Positions 30,501 to 42,878 are shown, counted from the stretch's first letter. The stretch is 64,000 bases of DNA from Squalus acanthias (GCA_030390025.1 CM059433.1:29452001-29516000); one strand, 5' to 3'. Program-made: numbers and translations. Notes: generated by a model not told the origin, from the letters alone.

Positions 30501-33500
30501 TATAAATGTATCTCTCACATATAAATGTATCTCTCACCTATAAATGTATCTCACACCTATAAATGTAACTCACACCTATAAATGTATCTCACACCTATAA
30601 ATGTATCTCACACCTATAAATGTATCTCACACCTATAAATGTATATCTCACCTATAAATGTATCTCTCACCTATAAATGTATCTCACACCTATAAATGTA
30701 TCTCACTCACCTATAAATGTATCTCTCACCTATAAATTTATCTCACACCTATAAATGTATCTCACACCTATAAATCTATCTCTCACCTATAAATATATAT
30801 CTCACCTATAAATGTATCTCACTCCTATAAATGTATCTCTCACCTATAAATCTATCTCTCACCTATAAATATATATCTCACCTATAAATGTATCTCACAC
30901 CTATAAATTTATCTTAAACCATAAATGTATCGCTCACCTATAAATGTATCTCACACCTATAAATGTGCCTCTCACTAATAAATTTATCTCATCCCAATAA
31001 ATGTATCTCACGATCTATAAATGTATCTGACACCTATAAATGTACGTCTCACCTATAAATGTATCTCTCACCTATAAATGTATCTCTCACCTATAAATGT
31101 ATCTCACACCTATAAATGTATCTCTCACCTATAAATGTATCTCACAACCTATAAATGTATCTCACGATCTATAAATGTATCTGACACCTGTAAATGTACG
31201 TCTCACCTATAAATGTATCTCACACCTATAAATGTATCTCTCACCTATAAATGTATCTCTCACCTATAAATGTATCTCTCACCTGTAAATGTATCTCTCA
31301 CCTATAAATGTATCTCTCACCTACAAATGTATCTCACACCTATAAATGTATCTCTCACCTATAAATGTATCTCATACCTATAAATGTATATCTCACCTAT
31401 AAATGTATCTCTCACCTATAAATGTATCTCTCACCTATAAATGTATCTCTCACCTGTAAATGTATCTCTCACCTATAAATGTATCTCTCACCTATAAATG
31501 TATCTCTCACCTGTAAATGTATCTCTCACCTATAAATGTATCTCTCACCTACAAATGTATCTCACACCTATAAATGTATCTCTCACCTATAAATGTATCT
31601 CACACCTATAAATGTATCTCACAACCTATAAATGTATCTCACACCTATAAATGTATATCTCACCTATAAATGTACCTCTCACCTATAAATGTATCTCATA
31701 CCTATAAATGTATCTCATACCTATAAATGTATCTCACGATATATAAATGTATCTCACACCTATAAATGTATATCTCACCTATAATTGTATCTCACATCTA
31801 TTAATGTATCTCACACCTATAAATGTATCTCTCACCTGTAAATGTATCTCTCACCTATGAATGTATCTCTCACCTACAAATGTATCTCACACCTATAAAT
31901 GTATCTCTCACCTATAAATGTATCTCATACCTATAAATGTATATCTCACCTATAAATGTATCTCACACCTATAAATGTATCTCATACCTATAAATGTATA
32001 TCTCACCTATAAATGTACCTCTCACCTATAAATGTATCTCTCACCTATAAATGTATATCTCACCTATAAATGTACCTCTCACCTATAAATGTATCTCATA
32101 CCTATAAATGTATATCTCACCTATAAATGTATCTCACACCTATAAATGTATCTCATACCTATAAATGTATCTCTCACCTGTAAATGTATCTCTCACCTAT
32201 GAATGTATCTCTCACCTACAAATGTATCTCACACCTATAAATGTATATCTCACCTATAAATGTACCTCTCACCTATAAATGTATATCTCACCTATAAATG
32301 TATCTCACACCTACAAATGTATCTCTCACCTATAAATGTATCTCTCACCTATAAATGTATCTCTCACCTATAAATTTATCTCTCACCTATAAATGTATCT
32401 CACAACCTATAAATGTATCTCACACCTATAAATGTATCTCTCACCTATAAATGTATATCTCACCTATAAATGTATCTCACACCTATAAATGTATCTCTCA
32501 CCTATAAATGTATCTCTCACCTATAAATTTATCTCTCACCTATAAATGTATCTCACACCTATAAATGTATCTCACAACGTATAAATGTATCTCTCACCTA
32601 TAAATTTATCTCTCACCTATAAATGTATCTCACACCTATAAATGTATCTCACACCTATAAATGTATCTCTCACCTATAAATGTATCTCACAACCTATAAA
32701 TGTATCTAACAACCTATAAATGTATCTCACACCTATAAATGTATCTCTCACCTATAAATGTATCTCTCACCTATAAATGTATCTCTCACCTATAAATGTA
32801 TCTCACAACCTATAAATGTATCTCACACCTATAAATGTATCTCTCACCTATAAATGTATCTCACACCTATAAATGTATCTCACACCTATAAATGTATCTC
32901 ACACCTGTAAATGTATCTCACACCTATAAATGTATCTCACAACCTATAATTGTATCTCTCACCTATAAATGTATCTCACCTATAAATGTATCTCTCACCT
33001 ATAAATGTATCTCTCACCTATAAATGTATCTCTCACCTATAAATGTATCTCTCACCTATAAATGTATCTCTCACCTATAAATGTATCTCACAACCTATAA
33101 ATGTATCTCACACCTATAAATGTATCTCACACCTATAAATGTATCTCACAACCTATAATTGTATCTCTCACCTATAAATGTATCTCTCACCTATAAATGT
33201 ATCTCACAACCTATAATTGTATCTCTCACCTATAAATGTATCTCACACCTATAAATGTATCTCACACCTATAAATGTATCTCACACCTATAAATGTATCT
33301 CACACCTATAAATGTATCTCACAACCTATAAATGTATCTCACACCTATAAATGTATCTCACACCTATAAATGTATCTCACACCTGTAAATGTATCTCACA
33401 CCTATAAATGTATCTCACAACCTATAATTGTATCTCTCACCTATAAATGTATCTCTCACCTATAAATGTATCTCTCACCTATAAATGTATCTCTCACCTA

Positions 33501-33908
33501 TAAATGTATCTCACAACCTATAAATGTATCTCTCACCTATAAATGTATCTCTCGCCTATAAATGTATCTCACACCTATAAATGTATCTCACACCTATAAA
33601 TGTATCTCACAACCTATAATTGTATCTCTCACCTATAAATGTATCTCTCACCTATAAATGTATCTCACACCTATAAATGTATCTCACACCTATAAATGTA
33701 TCTCACAACCTATAATTGTATCTCTCACCTATAAATGTATCTCACAACCTATAAATGTATCTCACACCTATAAATGTATCTCACACCTATAATTGTATCT
33801 CACAACCTATAAATGCATCTCACACACCTATAAATGTTTCTCACCCTATAAATGTATCTCACACAGCTATAATTGTATCTCACAACCTATAAATTTATCT
33901 CACACCTC
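3561..33908. repeat. ~30-kb AT-rich satellite array, 19/21-bp unit ACCTATAAATGTATCTC+AC/TC/ACTC/ACTG/ACCC (roughly 1,500 units by length)
   Basis: Continuous head-to-tail repeats directly visible. The ends are more diverged (TATAACTGT variants at ~3561; mixed variants at ~33830-33908). No interspersed element was seen inside. Confidence 0.99.
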
Positions 33909-33909
33909 T

Positions 33910-34956
33910 AGGCCAGTGATGGTATCACCATGGCCAGATTTACTTCACTTGATGCTGTGCAGCCTGGCTGCCACATGATGTGCGTGGTTAACACCACCTC
34001 ACACCTGCAGCATAAAGCAGCCCTACAATGTCCAAGCCATTCCTTTCACACTCATCACAATTGGGGCGGGGGTGAGGTGCGGGGGTGAGAAGTTATGTCT
34101 AAACATTCACTGGAACTCACTTAGCCACTTGCAAAGGTGAGCACAGTTCTGTCCAATAAGGTAATGTGTTGAAAATATAGATTTCAATGTTTGACAACAC
34201 ATTAATAGAAACTTCACATGAACATTGGCTAAATCACCCAGTTGCCTACCCTTGTGTGTTGTTAGTTCGTATACTTGCAGTAGGTTGAGGGTGAGTGTGA
34301 GGGGTGGCTCGTGAGATGGGGAAGTGATAATGTAGATAGAGAGGGATGGGTGGAGGTGCAAGGTAAGTTGGTGTGAGTAAAGATGTGCAGGAGTAGGGGA
34401 GGGAAGACAGAGTGAAGTGGATGTGATAAGTGGCACAGCAGGATGAGGTTGAGTTGTGCTTGGCTGTGACGTTTCGTGATCTGCTCAGATCATTGAAAGG
34501 TTTGCGCCACTGCAGCCTGGTCCTCCTGACAACATCCCTGTTTGTTCCCTCCTTTGCAATGTGCAACCAGGCTGCTTTGATCTCCTGGTGAGGTCTCGTC
34601 CGCCTATGGGAAGGGAAGAGAACCTCCCTGCATGCTGTGACTCCCTTCCTAAGCATATGGAGGGAGTCATGGGAGAGCCTGGGTGCACCCTTGCACCTTT
34701 GTGCAGTGCTTGTCAGTGTTTGCAGCACCTCAATGCTGTAGAACACTGACAGCAGAACTGTCAAGATGAATTTGGACATGGCTGACGTCATCAGACCTGC
34801 TTCCTTTTAATTGGCTGGGAACCTTGCAGGGCGGGCTTAACAAGCCCTGTCAATGAAAAATCGCTTGGAGAGTGTGGGCTGCAGTAGGCAGTGGGCTGGG
34901 ACCGCGACACCGACCCTGGCCGCCCCGGACCCGCCTCGGTCAGCAAAATCGCGGCC
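33910..34956 (-). mobile_element. Truncated PIF/Harbinger element (one terminus, Myb/SANT exon 1 and intron)
   Basis: The right end AAAATCGCGGCC (reverse complement GGCCGCGATTTT) resembles the other Harbinger TIRs in the window. It contains a Myb/SANT exon and is cut off at the satellite. Confidence 0.7.
34471..34716 (-). pseudogene. Myb/SANT-like exon 1 remnant of a Harbinger element
   Basis: TSTAQRCKGAPRLSHDSLHML..REVLFPSHRRTRPHQEIKAAWLHIAKE..RRTRLQWRKPFNDLSRSRN aligns by eye with exon 1 at 698-937. The start codon and splice donor are degenerate. Confidence 0.8.
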
Positions 34957-35149
34957 ACTGTGTTTGAGGCCAGTGCAAGAAGGAACAATAGGATTGTTTC
35001 AATGAGCTGTGCTTTCTGGAGCGCATCCCGAGGAAAACCTGAACACACAGCCTTCAATTGTCAACCGTTTATTTTATTGGATTGAAAGTTCCAGCTTGCG
35101 ATTTTCGAAGATGTTCTTCCTGAAAATCTTGGTCCCTGCTGGGAGATTA

Positions 35150-35857
35150 ACGACAACTTCAGCTTGCAATTAGATTGCACTTTTAATGTAGGAAAAAATC
35201 CCAAGGTGCTTCACAGGAGTACTTTCAGGCAACAATTGTCAAAGGCTGCAGACAGGTCGAGAAGGATGAGGAGGGATAGTTTACCATTGTCATAGTCACA
35301 GAGGATGTCATTTGTGACTTTGGTAAGGGCCATTTCACTTCAGTGGCAGGGGTGGAAACCTGATTGGAGGGGTTCAAACATGGACTTGCAGGAAAGGTAG
35401 GCATGGATTTGGGAGGCGACAACGCAATCAAGGACTTTGAAGCGGGAAGGGAGGTTGGAGATGGGGCGGTAGTTTGCAAGGACAGAGGGGTGAAGGGTGG
35501 GTTTTTGAGGAAGGTTGTGATGACAGCAGATTTGAAAGTCAGTGGACAGTACCTGAGGGGAGGAAACTGTTGACAGTATCACCTAACATGGGGGCCAGGA
35601 AGGGAAGTTGGGTGAACAGCAGTTTAGTGGGAATAGCGGCAAGAGAGCAGGAGGTGTGTCGCATGGACAAGATGAGCTCGGAGACGGCATGAGGGGAGAT
35701 AGGAGAGAAACCAGAGATACGAGTTATGAGTTACGGGCTAGGGCAGGGGGAACCTTGGGGGAAGCTTGCCTTGGTGTCAAGGGGAATGAAGGGATGCGGT
35801 AGAGGCAGCTGAACAGATGGTCTCAATCTTCGTGACAAAGAAGTCCATAAGTTTCTC
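35150..35857 (-). mobile_element. L2-clade LINE fragment (RT region, frameshifted) with a tail-like segment at ~35150-35220
   Basis: KPTLHPSVLANYRPISNLP..KVLDCVVASQI..FEPLQSGF, followed in shifted frames by KVTNDIL and LILLDLSAAFD, which are diagnostic L2 RT motifs. Confidence 0.85.
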
Positions 35858-36258
35858 AAAGGAACATAGGAACAGGCCATTCAGCCCCTTGAGCCTGTTC
35901 TGACCTTCAATGCGATCGTGGCTGATCTGTATCCTAACTCCATCCATCCTCCTTGGTTCCATATCCCTTAATATCCTTGGCTAGAAAAGATCTATCAATC
36001 TCAGATTTAAATTATTAATTGATCTAGCATCTACTGCTTTTTGTGGGAGAGAATTCCCCACTTTTACATCCATTGCGTGAAGAAGTGTTTCCTAACTTAT
36101 CTCTGAATGGCCTAGCTCTGATTTTAAGGTTATGTCCCCTTGTCCTAGCCTCCCCCACCAGCAGAAAAGGTTTCTCTCTATCAACCCTATCAATTCCTTT
36201 CAAAATCCTAAAAATTTCAGTCAAATCGCCATTTAACCTTCTATATTTCAGAGAATAT

Positions 36259-37022
36259 GGCCTGAATTTTCCCCCGGGAGGTGGGTTGGGAGCTAGGGGC
36301 CTCCGAGGGGGGCAGGAAACCCGGGAGGCCGGGTTTCCTGCAGGCCCTGCCGACTTTAATGGTAGGGCCTGATTTGAATGTGAGGCCTCGGATTCCCGCC
36401 CGCAGCCAGCCAGCTGGAGAGGTTGGCTGGCTGGATGCGGGCGGGTAGGCCTCAGAAGCGAGGGGCCGGTCCGGGGGAGGGATTGTGGGAGGAGAATCGG
36501 CAATCGGTCGGGGATCGGAGTGGGGGGGTGGGTGGGGGGAGAGGATTGGCCGGGGTTGGGGAACACGGGGGTGGGGTGGTGGGAGAGAGAGGATCGGCTG
36601 GGGTCGGGGATCGGGAGGGGGGAGAGGATCGGGAGGGGGGGGGGGTGCAGAGAGAGGATCAGCCGGGGTCGAGGATCGGGGCGTGTGGGAGCGGAGAGAG
36701 AGGATCGGGAGGGGATCGGGAGGGGGGAGAGGATCGGCAGGGGTCAGGGATCAGGGTTGGGGAGAAGATCGGCAGGGGTCAGGGATCGGGACGGGGGGAG
36801 AGGATTGGCAGAGATTGGCGGGAGGGGGGCATCAGCCAGGGATCACAGGAGGGCGGTCGGCCTGGGATCACGGTGTGGGGTGGGGTCGGCTGGGGATCAG
36901 CAGGAGGCAGAGAGGATCGGGGCCGACCACTGGAGGATCATGGCCGGCCTCATCAACATTGTTGGAAATTGGGGGCCCCCACGCTCCAAACCCACCCTTT
37001 ATTTCAGGGGAAAATTCCAGTC
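36259..37022. mobile_element. PIF/Harbinger-type MITE with an internal G-rich minisatellite
   Basis: TIRs GGCCTGAATTTTCCCC / GGGGAAAATTCCAGTC and a 3-bp TSD TAT/TAC. Internal (GGAGAGGATCGG)-like repeats span ~36460-36940. Confidence 0.85.
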
Positions 37023-37154
37023 TACAAGTCTAGTTTATAATCTCTCCTCATAATTTAACCCTTGGAGCCCTGGTAACATTTTGGTAAATCTGCGCTGCAC
37101 TCCTTCCAAGGCCAATATAATTTTTCTAAGGCGCGGTGCCAGAACTGTACACAG

Positions 37155-37326
37155 CAATGTTCCCCCTAATTTTTTGGGGGGAGCGTGAGCCCTTTAAGGG
37201 GCTGCACGGCCCATTCAAATTATCGCGCATGCGCATTTTTTTACATTATGAAGCCATTGAGCGGCCTGTGCGGGATCTGTACATTGTTGTGTGGCCGCGA
37301 GGCCATGCAGCTTAACAGGAACATTG
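37155..37326. mobile_element. hAT-type MITE (172 bp)
   Basis: Perfect 9-bp TIR CAATGTTCC / GGAACATTG and an 8-bp TSD GTACACAG / TTACGCAG (6/8 match), inside CR1 sequence. Confidence 0.85.
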
Positions 37327-37809
37327 TTACGCAGTACTCCAGATGTGGTCTAACCAGGGGTATGTATAGCTGTAGCAACACTCCCTCCCTTTTATATTCT
37401 TCGCAATTGTTGTTGGAAATGTGGGTGATTTGGACACCCGACTCTGAGGGCAGTTTATTCAATCTACACCATCATTTCACATCTAAAATTCAAGCAGTTG
37501 GAATCAGTGGTGATTAACTTTAGTGTGTTTCTGCCTCATTATTTTTTTGGAGTTAGTTTTATTTAAACCCTTTGACGTATTTGGGAGAATTGGAGGATTT
37601 ACTGAGCCTGAATTAACACACACAGCAGCCAATCTTGGTTCATGACTGTACATACTGGATGTTAAATCAGCTAATTCCCACTGTCAGGTGCAGTAAATTC
37701 ATTTAAGCTAATTATCCCTAATTATGGCATCAATAATCACTGCTTAAACAGAACTATCAGAAAGAGACACAAAATTATGAAGGATGCTAAAAATAATCAT
37801 AATGATTTC

Positions 37810-37882
37810 CAGTTCGATTCCCTGAAGGCGGAGCAGAGGCATACAGACTAGGGAGGTCCCAGGTTTGACCACCAGTCTGTGC
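37810..37882 (+). mobile_element. Possible degraded tRNA-derived SINE head fragment
   Basis: B-box-like GTTCGATTCC at ~37812, and CAGACTAGGGAGGTCCCAGGTTTGACCACCAGTCTG resembling the 3' half of a tRNA. It is not a complete cloverleaf. Confidence 0.3.
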
Positions 37883-39433
37883 CCTGGTCTGCTCGGATAC
37901 AATTGAATCTATTGAACTGCTCAGGATCTCACCTATAATACTTGCTTTTGTAAATAATTCAAGCCATAAATAAATCTGTTTCATTGCTTAGCCTAGAACA
38001 AAAAGTGTCTGGTGTGTCTGATATGCCCCAGTCCAACACCGGCATCTCTGCATCGTGTCTGATATTACCTGCCTTCTCAAGTGGCTTGAGATGTAAAAGA
38101 AAAGTAACCCTATGTATCATTCAGTTGCATCTTTTGTAATAAAAGATGGAATTGTTCCTGGTGTTGGATAGTGCAGTAAAAGACAGAATAGCATTGATAT
38201 AGCGCCTTACAGGGGAATAGGGGGGGGCGGCGGGGAGGGGCAGGGGGACAGGTCTGCGCGGCCACACTTGCTCAAGTGGAGTGAAGCCGCTCAAATTTTG
38301 GGGCCATAACGTAGTTTCAGTTCACAGGGACCTATGGAAGTATTGTGATCAAGTTCAACTGATAACAATGGCATATTCTTGAGTCTCGGTAAATTTCTGT
38401 GGTGGAATACTGGTAGAAATGCATGTGGATTTTCATTTATGAATCTCTTGAAGAAAGAAATACCGTAAAAAAATAAACTTAAGCCGGCAGCAAAATCTAC
38501 TGGTCCAATGCTCACAGCTCCCTTTCTGTTCCAGACTCCCCACTATAGGTCCAGTAGTTCCACCGCTAACATAAGAAAGCACAGAAGAAGAAAAAGGACA
38601 CTTATCTATTTGTGGACTCTTCCCAACTCTTGTTAATCACTTGAGGGAAGGTTCTGCCAAGTTCTCTTCTTGTTCCCCAAGGTAATTAGTCCTACTCCGA
38701 AATGCCTATGTGACCTCTCCGACCTACATTATTCAGCTTTGATTGGCTGCTTTCCATGGGATGACCTTTCCATGGTCCCATCAGCTCCGAAACCATTGTG
38801 CTCCTTCGAGTGTTTGATCATCTCTATCTGTATTGACCTTAGGTCCCATTCCTAACCAGATACTTTCCAGCTCTATTTAAAAGCAGTTAATAGACGCATT
38901 ATTAACTGGTTTTGTTGGCACTCCATTGCACACATCCACTACTCTGTGACAATGAAAAATCAAAATTCTCAGTCTGTAGTTTTGCTTGAGGGTTGTTAAT
39001 TTTGCGCTTTGCAAAGCTGGGAGACAGTGCGAAAGCTAGAATCTCCTGGGTTGGACCGGCGCGTGGTCCCATTGACCCTGATGCTGTCATGTGCTCCCTC
39101 TGGTCCTGATACAAGTCCATGCTCTGCATTTCTTACACAATCAAAGGAATTGACTCATTGCCAAAGGACCCGATACTAGTTTGTCTCACTTCTTTCCAGG
39201 TTAAAGGATCTTGTGACGGGTGCTCGCTATATTTTTCATTTTTTAAGGTTTAAAATCCATAAAGGATATTTTGTGAAAGATGAAATGCACAAATGCCAGG
39301 AGTTATACTTGCAAAGTCTGGTATATTGATGTACATCATAGCCTATGAAAAGAAACATGTTGCAATTTATAAAGCAATGTGTGGGAAACATAGCAATAAA
39401 ATTGCAAAAAAAATCGGTGCACTGAATAAGTTA

Positions 39434-39600
39434 GGTCTGAATTTTCCTATCCATTGCACTCGAAGAGGGTTCCCTTTACATTCCCCAGGGATTTCCTGGG
39501 TATCCCACGGTTGGGGGGGAAGGGCGGTTACATGCCAAGCCCTTCATGTAGGCCTAATGCCTACTACTTCTGGGTACCCATTAGGAAGGGGCACCACTTT
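39434..39600. mobile_element. Harbinger-type MITE terminal fragment
   Basis: Begins TTA|GGTCTGAATTTTCC, similar to the TIR at 36259. No partner TIR was found before the CR1 tail. Confidence 0.4.
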
Positions 39601-39616
39601 TAACCAGAGCAGCAAC

Positions 39617-40440
39617 AATTACATAGAATTACATAGAATTTACAGCACAGAAACAGGCCATTCAGCCCAACTAGTCTATGCCGGTTTTTATGCCCCACTC
39701 TAATGACTTCTTCCCATCCTGCCCCCTGTATCACTCTATTACCTTTTCCCTCATGTATCCATCAATCTTCTCCTTAAATTCATCAGTGCTATTCGCTTCA
39801 ATCACTCCATGTGGCAGCAAGTTCCACATTCTCACCGTTCTCTGTGTAAAGAAATTTCTCCTAAATTATTCATTGGATCTGTTATACCCCCTTGTTCTGG
39901 ACTCACTCACAAGTGGAAACAGTTTCTCCACATCTACCCTATTGAACCGCTTCATAATTTTAAAGACCTCTATCAGGTCGCTTCATAGTCTTTACTTTTC
40001 CAGAGAAAAGAGCCCTAGCCTGCTCAATCTTTCCTGATAGTTGTATTCTCTCAATTCTGGTAACATCCTTGTAAGTCTTTTCTCCAGTGTTTCAATATCG
40101 CTTTTGTAGTATGGAGACCAGAACTGCACACAATACTCCAAGGGTGCTGTAACCAAGGTCACATATGAATTCAACATTACCTCCTTGCTTCTGTATTCTA
40201 TCCCTCTAGAAATGAAACCCAATACTTTGTGGCCTTATTGACTTGTGTTGCTCCTCTTTGTGATTTATGTATCTGTATTCCCAGATATCTTTGCTCCTCT
40301 ATCCCATTTAGTTTCTTACCTTAGAAGGAATAAGTGGTCTCCATATTCCTCCTACCAAAATAAAACTCCTCACATATTTTGAATTTAATTTCCCATTTAT
40401 TCACCCACTCCATTTATGTCTTCTTATATTTTGCTGCAGT
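39617..40440 (-). mobile_element. 5'-truncated, decayed CR1 LINE
   Basis: (ACATAGAATT)n tail at ~39617. The minus-strand peptide reads GFISRGIEYRSKEVMLNSY..LEYCVQFWSPYY..YQERLSRLGLFSLEK. Confidence 0.9.
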
Positions 40441-40462
40441 CTGATACAAATGGCCAATAAGG

Positions 40463-40880
40463 TAGAGAAACTGGAGAAGCTGGGATTATTCTTTTTAGAG
40501 CAGAGAAGGTTAAGGGGAGATTTAATGGAAGGTGTTCAAAATTATCAGGAGTTTCGATAGGTTAGATAGAGAGAAACTGTTTCCACTGGCAGGAGGGTCA
40601 GTAACCAGTGGACACAGGTTTAAGATAATTGGCAAAAAAGTCAGGGGGGAGATGAGGAGACATTTTTTAACTGAGCGAGTTATGATGATCTGGAATGCAT
40701 TGCCTGAAAGTGCGGTGGAAGCAGATTCAATAGTGACTTTCAAAAGGGAATTGGATAAATACTTGAAAGGGAAACTTTTGCAGGGCTATGGGGAAAGAGC
40801 AGGGGAGTGGGACGACTTGGTAGCTTTATCAAAGAACTGGCACAGGCATGATGGCCTCCTTCTGTGCTGTATGATTCTGT
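40463..40880 (+). mobile_element. CR1 LINE 3' fragment
   Basis: FKIIRSFDRLDREKLFPL..GHRFKIIG..WNALPESAVEADSI..GYGERAGEW, then a 3' UTR ending GGCCTCCTTCTGTGCTGTATGATTCT. Confidence 0.9.
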
Positions 40881-41937
40881 GGGGGCGATTTTCAGCAGCA
40901 CGTTCAGGCGCTAAAGATCCTCTGAGGTGGCCAAGATAGGCTATTAAGCTGAAACGTCAGCTTAGTCCACGTTTAGCGTGAGACGCCATCTTGGTACAGG
41001 AGTTGAAGCCTCCGCTAGGAACTGCTGCCCAGAGGCTTGTTAAGGGGCTGATTGCCACTTAAAATGCCCACTAGCACTCATTAAGGAGGCTGCAAGGCAT
41101 TTTGGTGGCTAGTACTTGTCCCAACGCCCTCTCCTAACAGGCGACCAGCTGTTTGGGAGTAAACAAGACGTTGATGTGGATTTCAAGCACTACTTAAAGG
41201 GATACTCAACACTTCATGTTCACTTGCTACTGGAGCTGTGAAGAAGACCTCTGAAACACATCGGGACACTTTGTCAAGACTTCACCAACACTCCAGCAAC
41301 ATTTATTCGACAAATTCTCTGAGGACTTCACTTAAAACGAGTGAGTGCTGTGCTACTCCATCTAATTGGACACCTTATAGGAGTCACCAGGAGAAAGGGA
41401 GTGCTTGGTTATCGGTATCTTGCTAGGGGTCCCCCTTGGTCTGGACGAGGAATGAGAGGAGGACATGAGGCCAGACAGAGCAACACCAGCTGCTGCAAGA
41501 GAGAGAGACAGGAGAGCAAGGAGGGCGAGGTGGTGTCCTTCCCACCCCCCCCCCCCCCCTCCCTTGCGTGTACAGGACATCCCTCTTCCACTGGACCTTC
41601 TCCACCAGGACCTCCAGTGCCACGTCTGAGAACTTGTGCACCCTCTCCTTCGTTCCCTGAGCCATCCTGCAAGGTGCCACTGTGTGCCAGCCAGCGCACT
41701 CCACACCTTCAGTGGAAGTCGGTTAGTGGAGCCCACATATACTGCTCCACGAAAATTGCTTCTAATCACTACTTGAGTGCAGGTTTCTGGTTTAGCACCT
41801 CCAGGCAAGTTCAAATTATGGTAATCAGCAATTAGGACCAAAATTGTATGCTAAATCCAGACTTTCAAACAGGCGTGTCTTATTAGCACTGCACCCATTT
41901 AGCACCTGTTTTCACCCTGTGGCCAAAATAACCCCCC
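40881..41937. mobile_element. Non-autonomous Harbinger deletion derivative retaining the 5' stubs of both genes
   Basis: TIRs GGGGGCGATTTT / AAAATAACCCCCC with TSD TGT/TAT. The minus-strand stub from the ATG at 41665 reads MAQGTKERVHKFSDVALEVLVEKVQWKRDVLY (Myb/SANT start). The plus-strand stub ..GVPLGLDEE*EEDMRP..RERDRRARRARW is a probable transposase N-terminus. They meet at a C-run at ~41541-41559. Confidence 0.8.
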
Positions 41938-42323
41938 TATGTGGTATAATCAACTGCGGTTGATTATACATACCCCCCAATGTGTAATCTTGTTCCACTT
42001 CTTCTATTGGTGAGCAAATGCTGCTTGAATCCAGAAAGAGTTAAAAGGGGAAAATCCCACACATCGAATACAACTCTGGAATAGGAACAGATTAATAAAG
42101 GTAACCTGCCCTAAAAGACCTTGGTTCATCATTGGCCTGACAGAAAGTCTTAACTCCCTCAGATTAAAAATTCATCAGCCCCTGATCAATGTTGCTATCA
42201 GTCTTCACTGACCCTTGCTCTTTACTGCTGATTTAGAGCTATCTTAGGCTGACATAGAACGATAGCATTAATAAAAGCGTTAATATTTAAAATTTGGGTG
42301 CAATGGTCATATTTTATCCTCAG

Positions 42324-42483
42324 CCTCTGCTTGTCTCTGAGAAAGATGTTGAAGTGTTCTCTGTGGCATTATTTTACAAATATGTCATTGATATTCAAAC
42401 AAATACTGTTTGGAGAGGATTTATTTTACCGGTGTTCCAACTGCAATCAACAGGCACTTATGTGGTTCTATGCAAGTCCTAGC
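42324..42483 (+). other. Candidate exon of an unidentified host transcript (160 nt)
   Basis: ttttatcctcag acceptor, AGC|GTATGT donor, and one open frame (LCLSLRKMLKCSLWHYF..YRCSNCNQQALMWFYASPS). No recognised homology. Confidence 0.15.
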
Positions 42484-42596
42484 GTATGTGTGTGCTGCAT
42501 TCCTTCAATATAATTGAAACTAAAACAATCCACAGGGACAATTATAAAAGACAATTTAAAAAAAGTATCCACGAAAATACAAAAACAAGTTAGATT

Positions 42597-42878
42597 ACAC
42601 AGATTTAAGGTAATTGGCAAACGAGCCAGCGGGGGAGATGAGAATTTTTTTTATGCAGCAAGCTGTTATGATCTGGAATGCACTGCCTGAAAGGACGGTG
42701 GAAGTAGATTCAATAATAACTTTCAGAAGGGGAATTGGATAAATACGTGAAGGGGAAAAATTTGCAGGGCTATGGGGAAAGAGCAGGGGGAGTGGGACTA
42801 ATTGGAGAGCTCTTTCAAAGAGCAGCCACAGACACGATGAACCGAATGGCCTCCTTCTGTGCTGCATGGTTCTGTGAT
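42597..42878 (+). mobile_element. CR1 LINE 3' fragment (same subfamily as 40463-40880)
   Basis: Shares ATGATCTGGAATGCACTGCCTGAAAG..GCAGGGCTATGGGGAAAGAGCAGGG..GGCCTCCTTCTGTGCTG with the 40463-40880 copy. Confidence 0.9.

Larger units (their letters stand above)
35858..37402 (-). mobile_element. 5'-truncated CR1 LINE, interrupted by two MITE insertions
   Basis: Tail at ~35858. ORF2 C-terminal peptides RRLNGDLTEIFRILKGIDRVDREK..RTRGHNLKIRARPF and LQLYIPLVRPHLEYCV are present. The CR1 sequence is contiguous once 36259-37022 and 37155-37326 are removed. Confidence 0.9.

Noticed and set aside
3561..33908. CRISPR-like array (constant repeat with variable linker)
   Set aside because: The variable part is only 2-4 bp with no unique spacers, there are no cas genes, and the context is vertebrate.
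3798..33978. Many ORFs with YKCISLT / PINVSH repeats, superficially zinc-finger-like
   Set aside because: They are translations of the 21-bp satellite unit. There is no C2H2 spacing, and frames break wherever 19-mers occur.
479..34956. One giant transposon enclosing the satellite, suggested by Myb remnants on both flanks
   Set aside because: The two Myb remnants are diverged and belong to separate elements. There is no matching TIR/TSD pair, and ~640 bp of unrelated DNA separates the left element from the array.
36423..37053. Overlapping Gly/Arg-rich ORFs
   Set aside because: Low-complexity minisatellite inside a MITE.
38395..38442. FCGGILV peptide resembling the trypsin-family CGG motif
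   Set aside because: A stop follows within 16 codons, there is no TAAHC motif, and no splice signals support it.
39617..40880. Second possible twin-priming inversion (head-to-head CR1 pair)
   Set aside because: Both pieces have their own 3' UTR and tail and cover overlapping ORF2 sequence, so they are independent insertions.
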